Assembly (NCBI RefSeq): GCF_006345805.1
Contig: NC_043011.1
Coordinates: forward strand, 11,966,001-12,030,000
DNA length: 64,000 nucleotides
Source: Octopus sinensis
Taxonomy: Eukaryota
Direction: 5' to 3'
The stretch's first letter is position 1. Every line of letters begins with the position of its first letter. The notes beneath the pieces are model-generated. The model had not been told where the DNA came from, made no database searches, and was given only the letters and a program-made list of their open reading frames with translations. The position numbers were made by a program, and so were the translations under genes. Below, piece after piece: positions 36,898-49,139 of the stretch.

Positions 36898-38664
36898 ACC
36901 AAGAAGTAACCAGAGATACACTAATTAGTAACACTAATTAGATACACTAATTAGTAAAACAAATTAAAGAAACAGCAGGTATGTCAGCCTGGATAGATGT
37001 GATATATGAATACAGCAGGTATGCTAACGATTATTTTTCTTCCACATGATTATAATAGCTCTTAATTAATTAATCAAATACATTATGAGAAAACTTTGAG
37101 AAACAAAGTCGTTAATTAAACACAGACTATTTGTTGACTTCATAGTCACATGTGAGACTAGGAAATCAATAAATAACAAATACAAAAGAAATTTAATGTT
37201 TGTCATTGAAATGACAATCTGATAATGCTGTATATCATTCATATGTATTAGTGAACTACTGAAGCAAAATATAAAAAAGTCTTCTAAAAAATGTCTAATA
37301 GGGAATACATTTAGTATATTAAGAGGGAGCAATTAATAAAAACTAAATGTTGGATTTATGAAATGCATATAAAGCTATCGAGAGTCGCCATGTCACAATT
37401 TTGGAACCATATATCTGGCCAAAATATTTAACTTGTTTTATATTGAAACTGACCAGATCTGGCCTCTAACCTCAGCCCTACCATGTCATTCTAAAACTAA
37501 AAAATCACATCACTGAAATATCTAAACTACAAGATAATGCATGATTAATTCAAACCATTTTAAATAAACAAACATCACATTTGACAGAATAATCTGAACA
37601 CTAAAGGGTTAAAGCAAATATTTAGCCTCTTTCCAACAGAATAACATATAATAGATATTGTAAGTTATTTATCATCAGTTTTATGCATAGTATAACTTAG
37701 ATTATTAAAGGACTTATCAATGAATGTTCAAGAAAATCACAAGTAGTTTATAAATACCACTTAACTAAAAACTATTCAAGAAGCCCCAGCATGGCCGCAG
37801 CCTTCGGGCTGAAACATTTTTAAGGATTTAAGCATATTGAGGTGCACAACAATGTCGTAGACTTGGATATGATACACTGATGCCAGGTATTTGAGAGACA
37901 GACAGACAAAAGGCAAATGTCCTGTTTGCAGAAAGTGACATACCATATACAGTTTCTTGAGACTAAATGCACCATTCTTAAAATTTTTTTTTTCCCTCCA
38001 AGTTTTTAAGTGTATTTAAGAGAAAATCTTAGCAAAAAGTGCAATGATCTTAAACAGAGCAGCTCATTTACTGTCAGATGAGAAGAGTTGACTTGGTTGG
38101 AAAACAATCTAAGAGAGGATATCTTGTCCTCTCTTAAACTGTCATTATCACAAGCAGTACAACATGTGGAGCCGAGGTAATTCAACCTCAGCTTAAAAGA
38201 ATGCATTTCATATACGCAAACCAATCTCTACTTCAATTATTGCAAATACAATGAAACATATATGTATACACATAAACATGTACAACACACACACACATAT
38301 ATAAATATATACACATGCATAAATACTTTTATATACACACACACACACACACACACAGATATATTTTCACATATATACTATCATAATCATAATAATTATT
38401 AGTGTTTGTTATTTAAACATAAAAACTTAAAGCTAGCTTTAAGGCAAAAAAGAAATTTAAAAAGTGGTTCACGTAATTTCAGCAACTGCATTAGAACATA
38501 GAAATAAAACCATTCACTCTATCCAGGAATCAAACGTTTATCGGTAACTCACTATACTTGTTCCATATTATTAACACAACCAAACGCTTAATATAAGCCA
38601 ATCAAAAACCCTGCTGGTGTGACACTGTTGCACAACTATTTGTGATAAACAATGTGAAATTCAT

Positions 38665-38925
38665 TTTATTTTATTTTATGTTATCTAGTTTTAGCTCACG
38701 AGCTGTGGCCATGCTGGGGCACCACCATTCGGTGTTGCTACATGATTTTACTTCATGAATGCTTTTTAGCAACTGCCATTTGGTGCATAAGAGAGTTCGA
38801 TGCAGCTGCCCTCATCTGCACCTCCTGCCATGAAGTTGGTTCATCTGGGACACCTGACAGGAAGAGATCCAGTTTTATTTTAAAGACATCTGCATCCACC
38901 ACATATAGTAACTGAAGGAGCATTT
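38665..38925 (-). mobile_element. CR1/L2-group LINE 3' end
   Basis: FKIKLDLFLSGVPDEPT...RAAASNSL C-terminus; tail ggtgccccagcatggccacagctcgtgagctaaaactag. Confidence 0.75.
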
Positions 38926-40965
38926 CCTTATTTAGACAATACAATTTCTAAAATAGTATGGTTTTAATTCCATCGAGTTTCTGTCTTAAGCTCTGTTCTG
39001 ATGATCCTCATGCACTGATGGATGTGTGTGTGAAATTAGGTTACGTGACATTAAATACTGTGTCACTCAAATTGCTAGATCTCATCCACTACGTCGTTCA
39101 TTATGGATCTTTTATTTCCAGCTCGTTTTTATCATTAGACCAACGAAAGATCCACAGCCATGCAGTGGGATATTTTGTGTGCATAGGGAGCAAAAGGAAA
39201 GGGGGAGGAAGGACTCAAAAAATGACACTGATGCAATTTTGAACAAATAAAAGGGACAGTCTAGCAGTGTGGTCCCTTCAGGATGATAATTCTGGAGAAA
39301 AGATCATTAGTTAGAGATCAAAACAAAAAGCAACTGGTCAGAAACAGAGAGAAAGAATTAGTTTAAAGTTGCATCAGATGGATAAGTCCTGCCCAGTGGT
39401 CATTGCAGTATTCTAAAATTGACACAAATGGCTTTAGATATTGTAAACAGTGGTAGCTGCTTGACATATAAATGCTCAACAGACTTAGCATAGCACATCC
39501 TATAGAGATCCATATGAACGGGAAGTGACAAATGACTGTGGCAGTCTTCAACATGTAAGCAACTATCTACACAAAGATTCTTTAGAAATGAAATAATGGA
39601 AAGTCTAAAAAAGAATTACTCATTTCCTAGTCTCACATTTATGATTAGCAACTGTTGACAGAACATCCTAAGCATTCTTCATTCTAAAATTCACAAACTG
39701 GTCAAAAGTAAAAGGTGGAACAACATAAAAGTGGAGTGTATAGAACCTAGGATAAGATGTGATTGGCTAACTACTCAAGCTATCTCTACCAATCTCTACC
39801 AATCAACAACACCAAGAACATTTTGTCTGAGGGAATTTAAGCTTGCTGGTATACTAATCTAAATATAATAGGTTCGATTTCAGCTGCTGGCATTTCATTG
39901 TGTCCTTAGGGAAAAGTCATTTACATCAATAGATTAGGTTTTGCTTGGGAGAAAGATGGATTACTATCACTAACCTAAAAGGTCATAAGGTCAAACTATC
40001 CCAGTTTTCCATGGTAGTATTTCACTGCAAAATATGACACAAGGTTTTAATCATTTTACTTAGTACAATAAAGACACGCATAGCTATTCTATTTAGATGC
40101 ATGGTGATGATCTTTGGATGCAACAGAAAAAGGCAAAAGCAGTTGAAAGTAGTGTGGTAGTGGCAACGAAAACTCAACTCAACTGGACAATTTTCCAGCT
40201 CACTCTTGACCCAACAGCTCTCCTTAAAACATGAGGAGTGAAGACAAGGTTATTATCTTATCTTACTCCACTTTACTTTTTTTAATCTTAAATGAGCTTT
40301 TAGATGCCCACATACATGATAAACTGGCCTAATGATTGTATGATGATCATAATCACAAGTTCAATCTCAAGTAACACATTCTTCTCGCCCTGGTTGCTTG
40401 CTTTATTCATTCGGTTTCTACTTCAAAGTAAAGTGTCAAACAAATATTAGCACCCAACTATACATGTCATGTGTAGTAATTGAAAAGGTCTGACTTCGCA
40501 GAACCAAACGACCCATAGGAAAAAAAAAGATGGTGGGGAATAAACTAAGAGTAGAGAAAAGAAATCAAAACAAGGAAAAAAAAAAAACCAATTCTAATTT
40601 GGTATATTTAACCAAGAAAATGTAATGAAAACCTTGGTTTAAAATCTGATAATAGTAATAGGTGAGAGGAAATATAGTTGGAGATAGAACCGCACTAATG
40701 TTTAGGCATACATACACATAAATAGCTAGATAGGTTGATAGGTAATAGCCAGAAATAGGCAAATAAATAGACATTAAAAAATAGACGGACAGGTAGACAG
40801 GATAAAACAGTTAAATGTGGTTTAGACATAGAGTTAGATGGTTTAAGAAATAATGAATTGATAGATAAGCAGATATATATCTACACCTCTCTCTCTTCCG
40901 GGTGAGGATGGTGAATAGCTTATGCTCAGAAGTTCAGTTCCCTAGCCCACCGTGTCAGCACCCAG

Positions 40966-43900
40966 TCAGCTTGTAGAAGTGGAGTTGATAGAAATATTTG
41001 TAGCCAAACAAAGGTTAAAATCAACATTGTCATAATTCTGTTGTTGTCCAGTTACTTGCTGCTGCTGCTGTTGTTGTTGTTGTTGATGCTGAATTTGTGA
41101 TTGTTGTTGATGATGGTGATGATGCTGCTGCTGATGATGGAGTGCTTGCTGTGAGTTTAAACAGGGCTGTTTTTGTTGAGAATTTTGTTGCTGTTGTGAC
41201 TGATTAAGATGAATAGGTAAATGCCTGTGTGAGGAGTGTGATGGGTGAGGTGGATGCGCCAAAGGACCTATCTTTGACCCATTAGACACAGTTTGGGAAG
41301 GATTTGAAATTAAAGCAGATTTTGACATTTGCAACGTATCCATCTGGATATTGTTATTTTTATTGCTATCATTATTATTGCCATTATTTTTGTCGTCATC
41401 ATCATCATTATCATCGTCATCGTCCTCATCATCGTCATCATCATCATTGTCATCATCATCGTCGTCATCATCATCGTCGTCATCGTCGTCATCCTCCTCA
41501 TCCTCGTCTTCTTTTTTAACTAAAACGTTCAAGTTGTTAGAGGCATCCTCAGCCGCGACCTCTGCAGCATGTGTACGTACATGACGATGCAACCCGTACT
41601 GATGTGCAAATCCTTTACCACACGTGACACACACATAAGGTTTGATTCCCGAGTGAATGGTAATGTGATACTCGTAGGAGGACTTCTGACAGAACGATTT
41701 GCTGCACTGAGTGCATTTGTACAGGTTGTCACCCGTGTGGATGCGAATGTGGCGCTGGAGAGAAGTGCGATGACTGAACGCCTTCCCGCAATAGACACAC
41801 GTGAAAGGTGACTTTTGGGTCAATGTGTTAACAGGATTACTGGGAGATGAAGTAATCTTTTTGCTGGCAGGCTGATGACATGCAGAGAAATGTTCTTCTA
41901 ATTGAGAACTCTGCGAAAAATCTTTACCGCACTCACTGCACCTCAATGGTGTTGAACTTCGTTGCACAGAGGTCTCATCAGCAGGAGGTTGCAAGGTTGT
42001 AGCATTATGCGCACTATGCATGTGCTGCTGAAGTGTCAGTTCATCAGGAAAGCTTTCAGCGCAGTAAGAACAGTGCCACAGTTCAGACTGCTGTTCTTTG
42101 CTTGTGTGGACAGTAGCTAAATGATTCTTTAGGGAAGAGTGCTCACAAAACACTTTCTCACAATGGGGACATTGATGTGGACGTACTCCTGTGTGGGTAC
42201 GTAGGTGCCGCTTCAGATCACAATGCTGTGAAAACTTCTTGCTGCAATGGACACATAAATATGGTTTCTCCCCAGTGTGAGTACGTACATGCTGTTGAAG
42301 ACTAGCTTGGCTAAAGAAAGCCTTGTCACAACGTAAACACTTGAAAGATCGCTCTCCTGAGTGTAAAGAAGTATGTCGCTTCAGGTTGGATTCATCAACA
42401 TATGACTTGTTGCATTCTTTGCATTTAAATGTACCTTTTGCATTAGTTCGAGTTCCACCTCGTTTTGATGATTTGTTAGCTTTTGCAGAACGGTTGTTTT
42501 TTTTTTTGCTATTGTCCTTACCGTCCTCGGTGTTGTTGGTCTGGTCATTGTTCTGGGAGTCATGGCTAGTGACATGATATTTCAGTGAAGACTGGTTATG
42601 AAAAGCTTTGCCACACTGCTTGCAAGTGTACGGTTTTTCATCTGTGTGGATACGCATGTGACGGCGTAACGATGTGCGCTCTGAAAACGGTCGATTGCAC
42701 TCGAGACACATGAATGGTTTTTCACCCGTATGGGTGCGAAGATGTGACTTCAAGTGGGAGGCATGAATAAAGGACTTTTGGCATTTCAGACACTTGTACG
42801 GCTTCTCGCCTGTGTGCTTGGCCAGGTGGTTTTTCAGCGAAGTCTGATTGTAGAACGACTCCCTGCAGTGCAGGCAGACATATGGACGCTCTCCGCTGTG
42901 CAGACGCAAATGCCTCTTCAGTGACGACTGTTCTGAGAATGCACGTGGACACTTGTGACATTTGTGTGGCTTTTCCCCCGTGTGTGTGCGCACGTGCGAC
43001 TTTAAGTGTGAGGTAGTTGCAAAGCACTTCTCGCAGTGCACACATTTGAATGGTCGATCAATGTTGCTCTTGCGTAGATGTGAGAATAATTGGTACTTGG
43101 TTTTGTATGGCTGATTGCTTTCCTCCTCTGGCTCATCATATGACCACTCATAGATGCTTTCTCTTTCCTTCAGACTGAGACTAGATGCTGTAGCACTGCC
43201 ATCAACAGAAGCAGAACTACTACTTTTACCTGTACTTGGGGTGTTGCTATTTGGCTGGAGTTGCTTGTCTCCACCCTCTGTCTGCTCTTCTTTCTCTACC
43301 TTTACATAATTTTCAATCATTCCTTCCAATTTTTTATCACTTTTCCCCATTTCCTCTCCTCCTCCTTCATCATCATCATGATTATCATCATCGTCATCAT
43401 CATCGTCGTCATCATCATCATCATCATCGTCATCGTTATCAACACCATCATCTTCGTCGTCGTCCTCGTCATCATCATCATCATTGCCATTTCCCATTTT
43501 TTCTTGTACTTTCTCTTTCTCTGCCGCCGCAGCTTCCAATATTGGTTTCGGATTCAGAACTAGGTTTATGTTTGGACTGTTAGTTTTGACGACTGCGTTT
43601 GAAGTAGCTACTGTGGCCACGGCCTGCTGCTGTCGATGTTGTAGATGCTGTTGACTGCAGTGACTGTTACCAGAAACTGCATTTGTCAATGACGAACTGA
43701 TGCTGTTATTATGACTGGCAGTGCCGTAGAGCTTCAAGTAGCTACTGTTGGCCTTCATCGACACACTGTATGCACTACAACCATCACTACTACCGCTGCC
43801 TGTAGCCCCATTTAACAGACTACTGCTGCCACTGAATTTACCACAGGTGTTCTTCAAGTTTTTAACACCTGTCATAGAGACACTAGATTTACTGCTAAGA

Positions 43901-44067
43901 TAGCTGTGATGGTAGAGAGGCTTGCTGTGGCGACCATTGCTGCTGATGCTGCCGAGAGGGTTATCACCATTGCTATTGTTCTGTACAGGTGACTGTAGTT
44001 TGCCGATTGGGGGTAATGGTGAGCATCTGCTGTTGTTGCTGCTGCTATTGAATTTAACATGGTCCAT
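40966..44067 (-). CDS. Multi-C2H2 zinc finger protein (15 fingers, 1033 aa), single coding exon
   Basis: Uninterrupted 3.1-kb ORF with 15 C-x2-C-x12-H-x3/4-H motifs, many joined by TGEKP/SGERP linkers. Start in strong context (agaaccATGG) with an in-frame upstream stop near 44134. Poly-Asp tracts at about 43367-43482 and 41393-41512; poly-Gln/His C-terminus. Confidence 0.95.
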   Translation of the reverse strand: MDHVKFNSSSNNSRCSPLPPIGKLQSPVQNNSNGDNPLGSISSNGRHSKPLYHHSYLSSKSSVSMTGVKNLKNTCGKFSGSSSLLNGATGSGSSDGCSAYSVSMKANSSYLKLYGTASHNNSISSSLTNAVSGNSHCSQQHLQHRQQQAVATVATSNAVVKTNSPNINLVLNPKPILEAAAAEKEKVQEKMGNGNDDDDDEDDDEDDGVDNDDDDDDDDDDDDDDDDDNHDDDEGGGEEMGKSDKKLEGMIENYVKVEKEEQTEGGDKQLQPNSNTPSTGKSSSSASVDGSATASSLSLKERESIYEWSYDEPEEESNQPYKTKYQLFSHLRKSNIDRPFKCVHCEKCFATTSHLKSHVRTHTGEKPHKCHKCPRAFSEQSSLKRHLRLHSGERPYVCLHCRESFYNQTSLKNHLAKHTGEKPYKCLKCQKSFIHASHLKSHLRTHTGEKPFMCLECNRPFSERTSLRRHMRIHTDEKPYTCKQCGKAFHNQSSLKYHVTSHDSQNNDQTNNTEDGKDNSKKKNNRSAKANKSSKRGGTRTNAKGTFKCKECNKSYVDESNLKRHTSLHSGERSFKCLRCDKAFFSQASLQQHVRTHTGEKPYLCVHCSKKFSQHCDLKRHLRTHTGVRPHQCPHCEKVFCEHSSLKNHLATVHTSKEQQSELWHCSYCAESFPDELTLQQHMHSAHNATTLQPPADETSVQRSSTPLRCSECGKDFSQSSQLEEHFSACHQPASKKITSSPSNPVNTLTQKSPFTCVYCGKAFSHRTSLQRHIRIHTGDNLYKCTQCSKSFCQKSSYEYHITIHSGIKPYVCVTCGKGFAHQYGLHRHVRTHAAEVAAEDASNNLNVLVKKEDEDEEDDDDDDDDDDDDDDDNDDDDDDEDDDDDNDDDDDKNNGNNNDSNKNNNIQMDTLQMSKSALISNPSQTVSNGSKIGPLAHPPHPSHSSHRHLPIHLNQSQQQQNSQQKQPCLNSQQALHHQQQHHHHHQQQSQIQHQQQQQQQQQQVTGQQQNYDNVDFNLCLATNISINSTSTS

Positions 44068-44255
44068 GGTTCTTGTTGCACCAAATGTGCAAAGACGTTC
44101 CTCAGAGCAAAGGAATAGGAATGTAAAAGCAGCTCAAGCAGCTGTGGTAAGAAGAGTGTGTGTGTGTGTGTGTGGAAATGGATGTGATGATGTGAATGTT
44201 TCTATAACAGGTACTTCTCACTGTTGCTCACCATCTTCAGGCCACAAGATAAAAC

Positions 44256-44280
44256 ACTGTAAGAGAAAGAAAAAAAGAAT
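44256..44280 (-). promoter_or_regulatory. Splice acceptor of the zinc-finger coding exon
   Basis: Minus strand reads a pyrimidine tract ...ttctttctcttacAG|tgtttt, about 190 nt upstream of the ATG. Confidence 0.6.
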
Positions 44281-44336
44281 TATTTAAAATAAACAATATA
44301 TGCATATAAAAATTTGTGTACATTGGATTAAACAAC

Positions 44337-44740
44337 AGATCTTTTCGGTTTGAATGGCAGTTTTTAACGTAATTTCTAGGTAACTAAAAAATTTTAAACT
44401 TCGTATACTGGTAGAATGTGTTTATAAAACATCTTTTTCTCTTGGCTTTCTTGAGAAAATTCTATAGTTTGTAAGATATTTGTTGTTTTTTTCTTCAATT
44501 TCTGCAATTTCAACCAATCACTGACGTCTATTGAGGTAAAAAAACATTCTGTGCCATATGAATATGTCCCTTAAAACAGATTAGGTTTATTTACAATTGT
44601 GAAGAAAAAGGATACTCTTTCTCCAACCCCTAACCCTAAAACAGATTGAAATGCAATAGATCGATACTAGGGTCATAATTATGGGTGACAATTTCATATG
44701 ACACCGCGAGAAAACACTGCCGTTCAAACTGAAAAAATCC
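44337..44740 (+). mobile_element. Telomeric-repeat MITE, complete
   Basis: TIRs; 9-bp TSD ttaaacaac. Confidence 0.9.
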
Positions 44741-44931
44741 TTAAACAACTACATGCATAGTTGAAAAAAAAAAGTTCTATGTCAAGATTGCATTTAACTA
44801 TAACAGACATTATCAGTAAATAAAAATGAAAATCTAAAATGTTTAAGCTTTCGAGTCTTAATTCCTTTTCTTAGACACTAAGGCAATTTCTAGGAGGGTT
44901 TTTTTGTTGAATTGAAATTAATAAGTACTTA

Positions 44932-45142
44932 TACTCTTTACTCTTTTACTTGTTTCAGTCATTTGACTGCGGCCATGCTGGAGCACTGCCCTTTAGTCGA
45001 GTAAATCGACCCCAGGACTTATTCTTTGTAAGCCTAGTACTTATTCTATCGGCCTCTTTTGCCGAACCGCTAAGTTACGGGGACGTAAACACACCAGCAT
45101 CGGTTGTCAAGCAATGGTGGGGGGACAGACACACAAACATAT

Positions 45143-45177
<35 letters not shown>

Positions 45178-45341
45178 AGACGGGCTTCTTTCAGTTTCCG
45201 TCTACCAAATCCTCTCACAAGGCTTTGGTCAGCCCAAGGCTATAGTAGAAGACACTAGCCCAAGGTGTCATGCAGTGGGAATGAACCCGGAACCATGTGG
45301 TTGGTAAGCAAGCTACTTACCACACAGTCACTCCTGCGCCT
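44932..45341 (-). mobile_element. SINE family A
   Basis: Family match. Confidence 0.9.
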
Positions 45342-45414
45342 ACATATTATTTTATAATTTATAATTTCATACTTGGAACCACGGAAAACAAACTAAAATC
45401 TTTACTGTCTAGAC

Positions 45415-45739
45415 AAGGGGTTCTCAACTATTTTTTAACCTACAGACACCTTCGATTACTATTCTATTCTGGTGGACTCCCATAGCCATTCAATGTTTAA
45501 AAGCTAGTTTTATAGAAACTTTTACAAGATTCCTATTTTGTTTTTCACACATTAATTTGTGTAAGTTGAACTATGTAAAATGCTACAGAAAGAACCCTAG
45601 CTGTTTCTTACAATACATACCAATACATACAAAATGACATTTTTCAGGGACCCTTAAGATACTATTGTGGATCCCCAATTTACTATTTTGTTGTGTGGAC
45701 CACCAAGAGTCTTTTATGAACCCCCGTTGAAAACCACTG
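45415..45739. mobile_element. hAT (Charlie-like) MITE
   Basis: 8-bp TSD gtctagac; TIRs aggggttctcaac / gttgaaaaccactg. Confidence 0.8.
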
Positions 45740-45869
45740 GTCTAGACAATCTCTACAATCAAAAGCTGACATCCAAAGGCTGGAGGTAAAAGAGAACTCC
45801 ATCTGCAGTGAAGGCTACAGAAAAAAAGCAGGATCAGAAAGTGAAATTCAGCACTTCTTTTTTTTTTTT

Positions 45870-46170
45870 ATGTTCCTTCTCGAGCCATGCCTGGCTCATA
45901 AGGGCCAGTTTCCCGGTTTCTTGGCATATAGGTTCTCCACCTAGACGGTACGCCGGTCCATTGCAGGTGAGCTGCAAGATGCAGGAGGAAAGAGTGAGAT
46001 AAAGTTGTGGCGAAAGAGTCAGCAGAAGTTTCGCCATTACCTTCTGCCGGAGCCGCATGGAGCTTAGGTGTTTTCGCTCATAAACACACACATCGCCCGG
46101 TCTGAGATTCGAACCCGCGATCCCTCGACCGCGAGTCCGCTGCTCTAACCGCTAGGCCATGTGCCTCCAC
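45870..46170 (-). mobile_element. SINE family B
   Basis: Reverse complement of 5717-6025. Confidence 0.85.
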
Positions 46171-46570
46171 ACCACTTTTTGGTAGAATGACTGAAAAAAT
46201 GTTGATTCATAAGATGCATGATGAAATCAAAATATTGTTGGTGATAAATTCATGAATGACAATGATGATGAACTGGTCATCCAACTAGTATTCTCATTAA
46301 CATGATCAGACCTAACAGGAAAAAATATCACTGTTTCATAACAAACTTTACCAAATACCCAAACAACCTACCTTGAAGTTATTTAACAGGTATGTGGAAT
46401 TAAATATAAACAACAAATGCTGCCAATTTCTGGATGAAGGGACTTCATCTGGGCATCATAGGGATTATTCTGAAGCTGTTACAATGAGTTCAGTCTGCTA
46501 AATAGACATTCAAGTAATGCCATCAACCCAGACTAAGCAAAGAATGTCTTTTACAAGTAAAGAAAAGCAT

Positions 46571-46915
46571 AGGCGTAGGAGTGGCTGTGTGGTAAGTAAC
46601 TTGCTTACCAACCACATAGTTCCGGGTTCAGTCCCACTGCGTGGCACCTTGGGCAAGTGTCTTCTACTATAGCCTCAGGCCGACCAAAGCATTGTGAGTG
46701 GATTTGGTAGACGGAAACTGAAAGAATCCCGTCGTATATATGTATATGTGTGTGCATATGTTTGTGTGTCTGTGCTTGTCCCCCCAACATCGCTTGACAA
46801 CCGGTGCTGGTGTGTTTACGTCCCCGTAACTTAGCGGTTCGGCAAAAGACACCGATAGAATAAGTACTAGGCTTACAAAGAATAAGTCCTGGGGTCGATT
46901 TGCTCGACTAAAGGC
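46571..46915 (+). mobile_element. SINE family A, tail truncated by an RTE 3' UTR fragment
   Basis: Family match up to cgactaaaggcg. Confidence 0.85.
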
Positions 46916-47721
46916 GTGTGCTTAACGTGCCACCGGCACAAAGGCCAGCTTGTTGCTCTGGCAACGATCTCACTCGTATGGTACTGTTAGCGCTCCACTA
47001 GCAACGGATGCCAGTCACCGAGTTTGATTTTGACTTCGATTTTCACTTGCTTCAACTGGTCTTCGTAAGCAGAGTTTAGTGTCCAATGAAGAAAAGGCAC
47101 GCATAAGTGGACTGGTTACCCCCTAGCATAGGCCACGAGGTTATGGTCACACTTGCACTTCGGTTGATAATGATGACTGTTAGTTCAATGGTCAGAGAAA
47201 ATTGCTTATTATACCTTCGCATTCTTTTATACGTTTCAGCCCTAAGGCTATGGCCATGCTAGGGCACCACATTGTGGATAATGTACCTTAATGCGTTACG
47301 GTTAGGGCTGATTGATCTAGGGTTGATGTACTGACCTCATTTTAAAGCTTTTTCTCAAATTTACCATTGATTACCTGCATCAGCTGGATGATATGAGGCA
47401 CATATTAACAGATCAACTTGCTTTATACATACCATTAGTGAATCACAAACTAACTTTGAATGTAACAACAGAATTCTGAGAGTAACATTTGCGGATGTAC
47501 ATAGCAACTCCACCATTGCTTCTTTTTTGTTCTTGCTTGTACAAAATACAATAAACTTCAGTATGTGTATCTCTACATGGGAAAGTGGACATTATGATGA
47601 TGTAGGCGCAGGTATAACTACTTCCAAACCATGTAGTATCAGGTTCAGTCGTACACCGTGGACATCTTAAGCAAATGTCTTCTACTACAACCCCATGCCA
47701 ACCCAAGCCTTATAGATAGGT

Positions 47722-48102
47722 TCTTTTACTCTTCTACTTGTTTCAGTCATTTGACTGCAGCCATGCTGGAGCACCGCCCTTTAGTCGAGCAAATCGACCC
47801 CAGGACTTATTCTTTGTAAGCCTAGTACTTATTCTATTGGTCTCTTTTGCCGAACCGCTAAGTTGTGGGGAATTAAACACACCAGCATCGGTTGTCAATC
47901 GATGCTGAGGGACAAACAGACACACAAACACATATATATATACATATATATGACAGGATTCTTTCAATTTCCATCTACCAAATCCACTCACAAGGCTTTG
48001 GTCAACCCAAGGCTGTAGTAGAAGACACTTGCCCAAGGTGCCACGCAGTGGGACTGAACCCAGAACCATGTGGTTGATAAGCAAGCTACTTACCACACAA
48101 CC
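47722..48102 (-). mobile_element. SINE family A nested in an older opposite-strand copy
   Basis: Older copy pieces at about 47603-47715 and from 48104 onward. Confidence 0.8.
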
Positions 48103-48432
48103 ACGGAAATTGAAAGAAGCCTGTGATATATACATCTGTGTCCATGTCTGCGTGTTTGAATTATTTCCCTTGTGTAACCTTGTTTGTAAAAAAGTGACTT
48201 ACTAAACAATGTCATTAGCTTACAAAGAGCATGTCTAGACTGTTTGTAGTTTGATAGACTAGAAACAAGGTGGTTGCAAGAGGAAGGGCATCTAGTCATA
48301 CAAAACTCTACTTCAGCATACTCTTGTCTGATTCAAGTAAGCATGGAAAAGTAGACATTAAAATGATGATGATGTATACATACATCCTCGGAATAAATAA
48401 AACCCAAATCTTTCAGTTTTCTTTTAAAACAT

Positions 48433-48797
48433 AGAGGCTTCTGTGCCAGTGGCACATGACCTGCTGTGCTTGAGGAGACCTATTGAGTCGAGTACATAAA
48501 CATCGAAATAAATCTCAAATGGAAATAGCAGTTGCGATCCCTGTGCCGGTGGCATGTAAAAAGCACCGTCCGAACGTGGCCAATGCCAGCGCCGCCTTGA
48601 CTGGCTTCTGTGCCGGTGGCACGTAAAAAGCATCCACTACACTCACGGAGTGGTTGGCATTAAGAAGGGTATCCAGCTGCAGAAACACTGCCAGTTCAGA
48701 CTGGAGTCTGGTGCAGCCTCCTGGCTTCCCAGACCCCGGTCAAACCGTCCAACCCGTGCTAGCACGGTAACAGACGTTAAACGATGATGATGATGAT
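48433..48797 (+). mobile_element. RTE 3' UTR (5'-truncated copy)
   Basis: Matches the reverse complement of 53922-54330; (GAT)n tail. Confidence 0.8.
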
Positions 48798-49139
48798 GCA
48801 TATGTATGTGTGCGTGTATTTAATCAAAAAGTGTGCCAAAAGGCAGACTTGAAATTAACCATCATATGACTGGACAGGCTAGGATGTGGAGTTCAAGCCA
48901 TGTTGTGTAGTAATAAGAAATGCAGAAAAAGTTGTTGGTATTTCCAGCTGGATATAACAAGCACTTCAGTATTAATAGAAAATACACACATATACACATA
49001 TTGCTCTTAATACTGAGGAAACAAGCCAATCAGTTTGAACAAACATTCCAATCAGATTGTTATATAAATGTTGAAAAATATCAATTATTCATTACTATAT
49101 ATACAAAGGTGATGCATGGGAGAGAAAGTATTACAGAAG

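Noticed and set aside
41304-43583. Overlapping and antisense ORFs within the zinc-finger gene
   Set aside because: Shadows of the poly-Asp codon repeats and finger periodicity.
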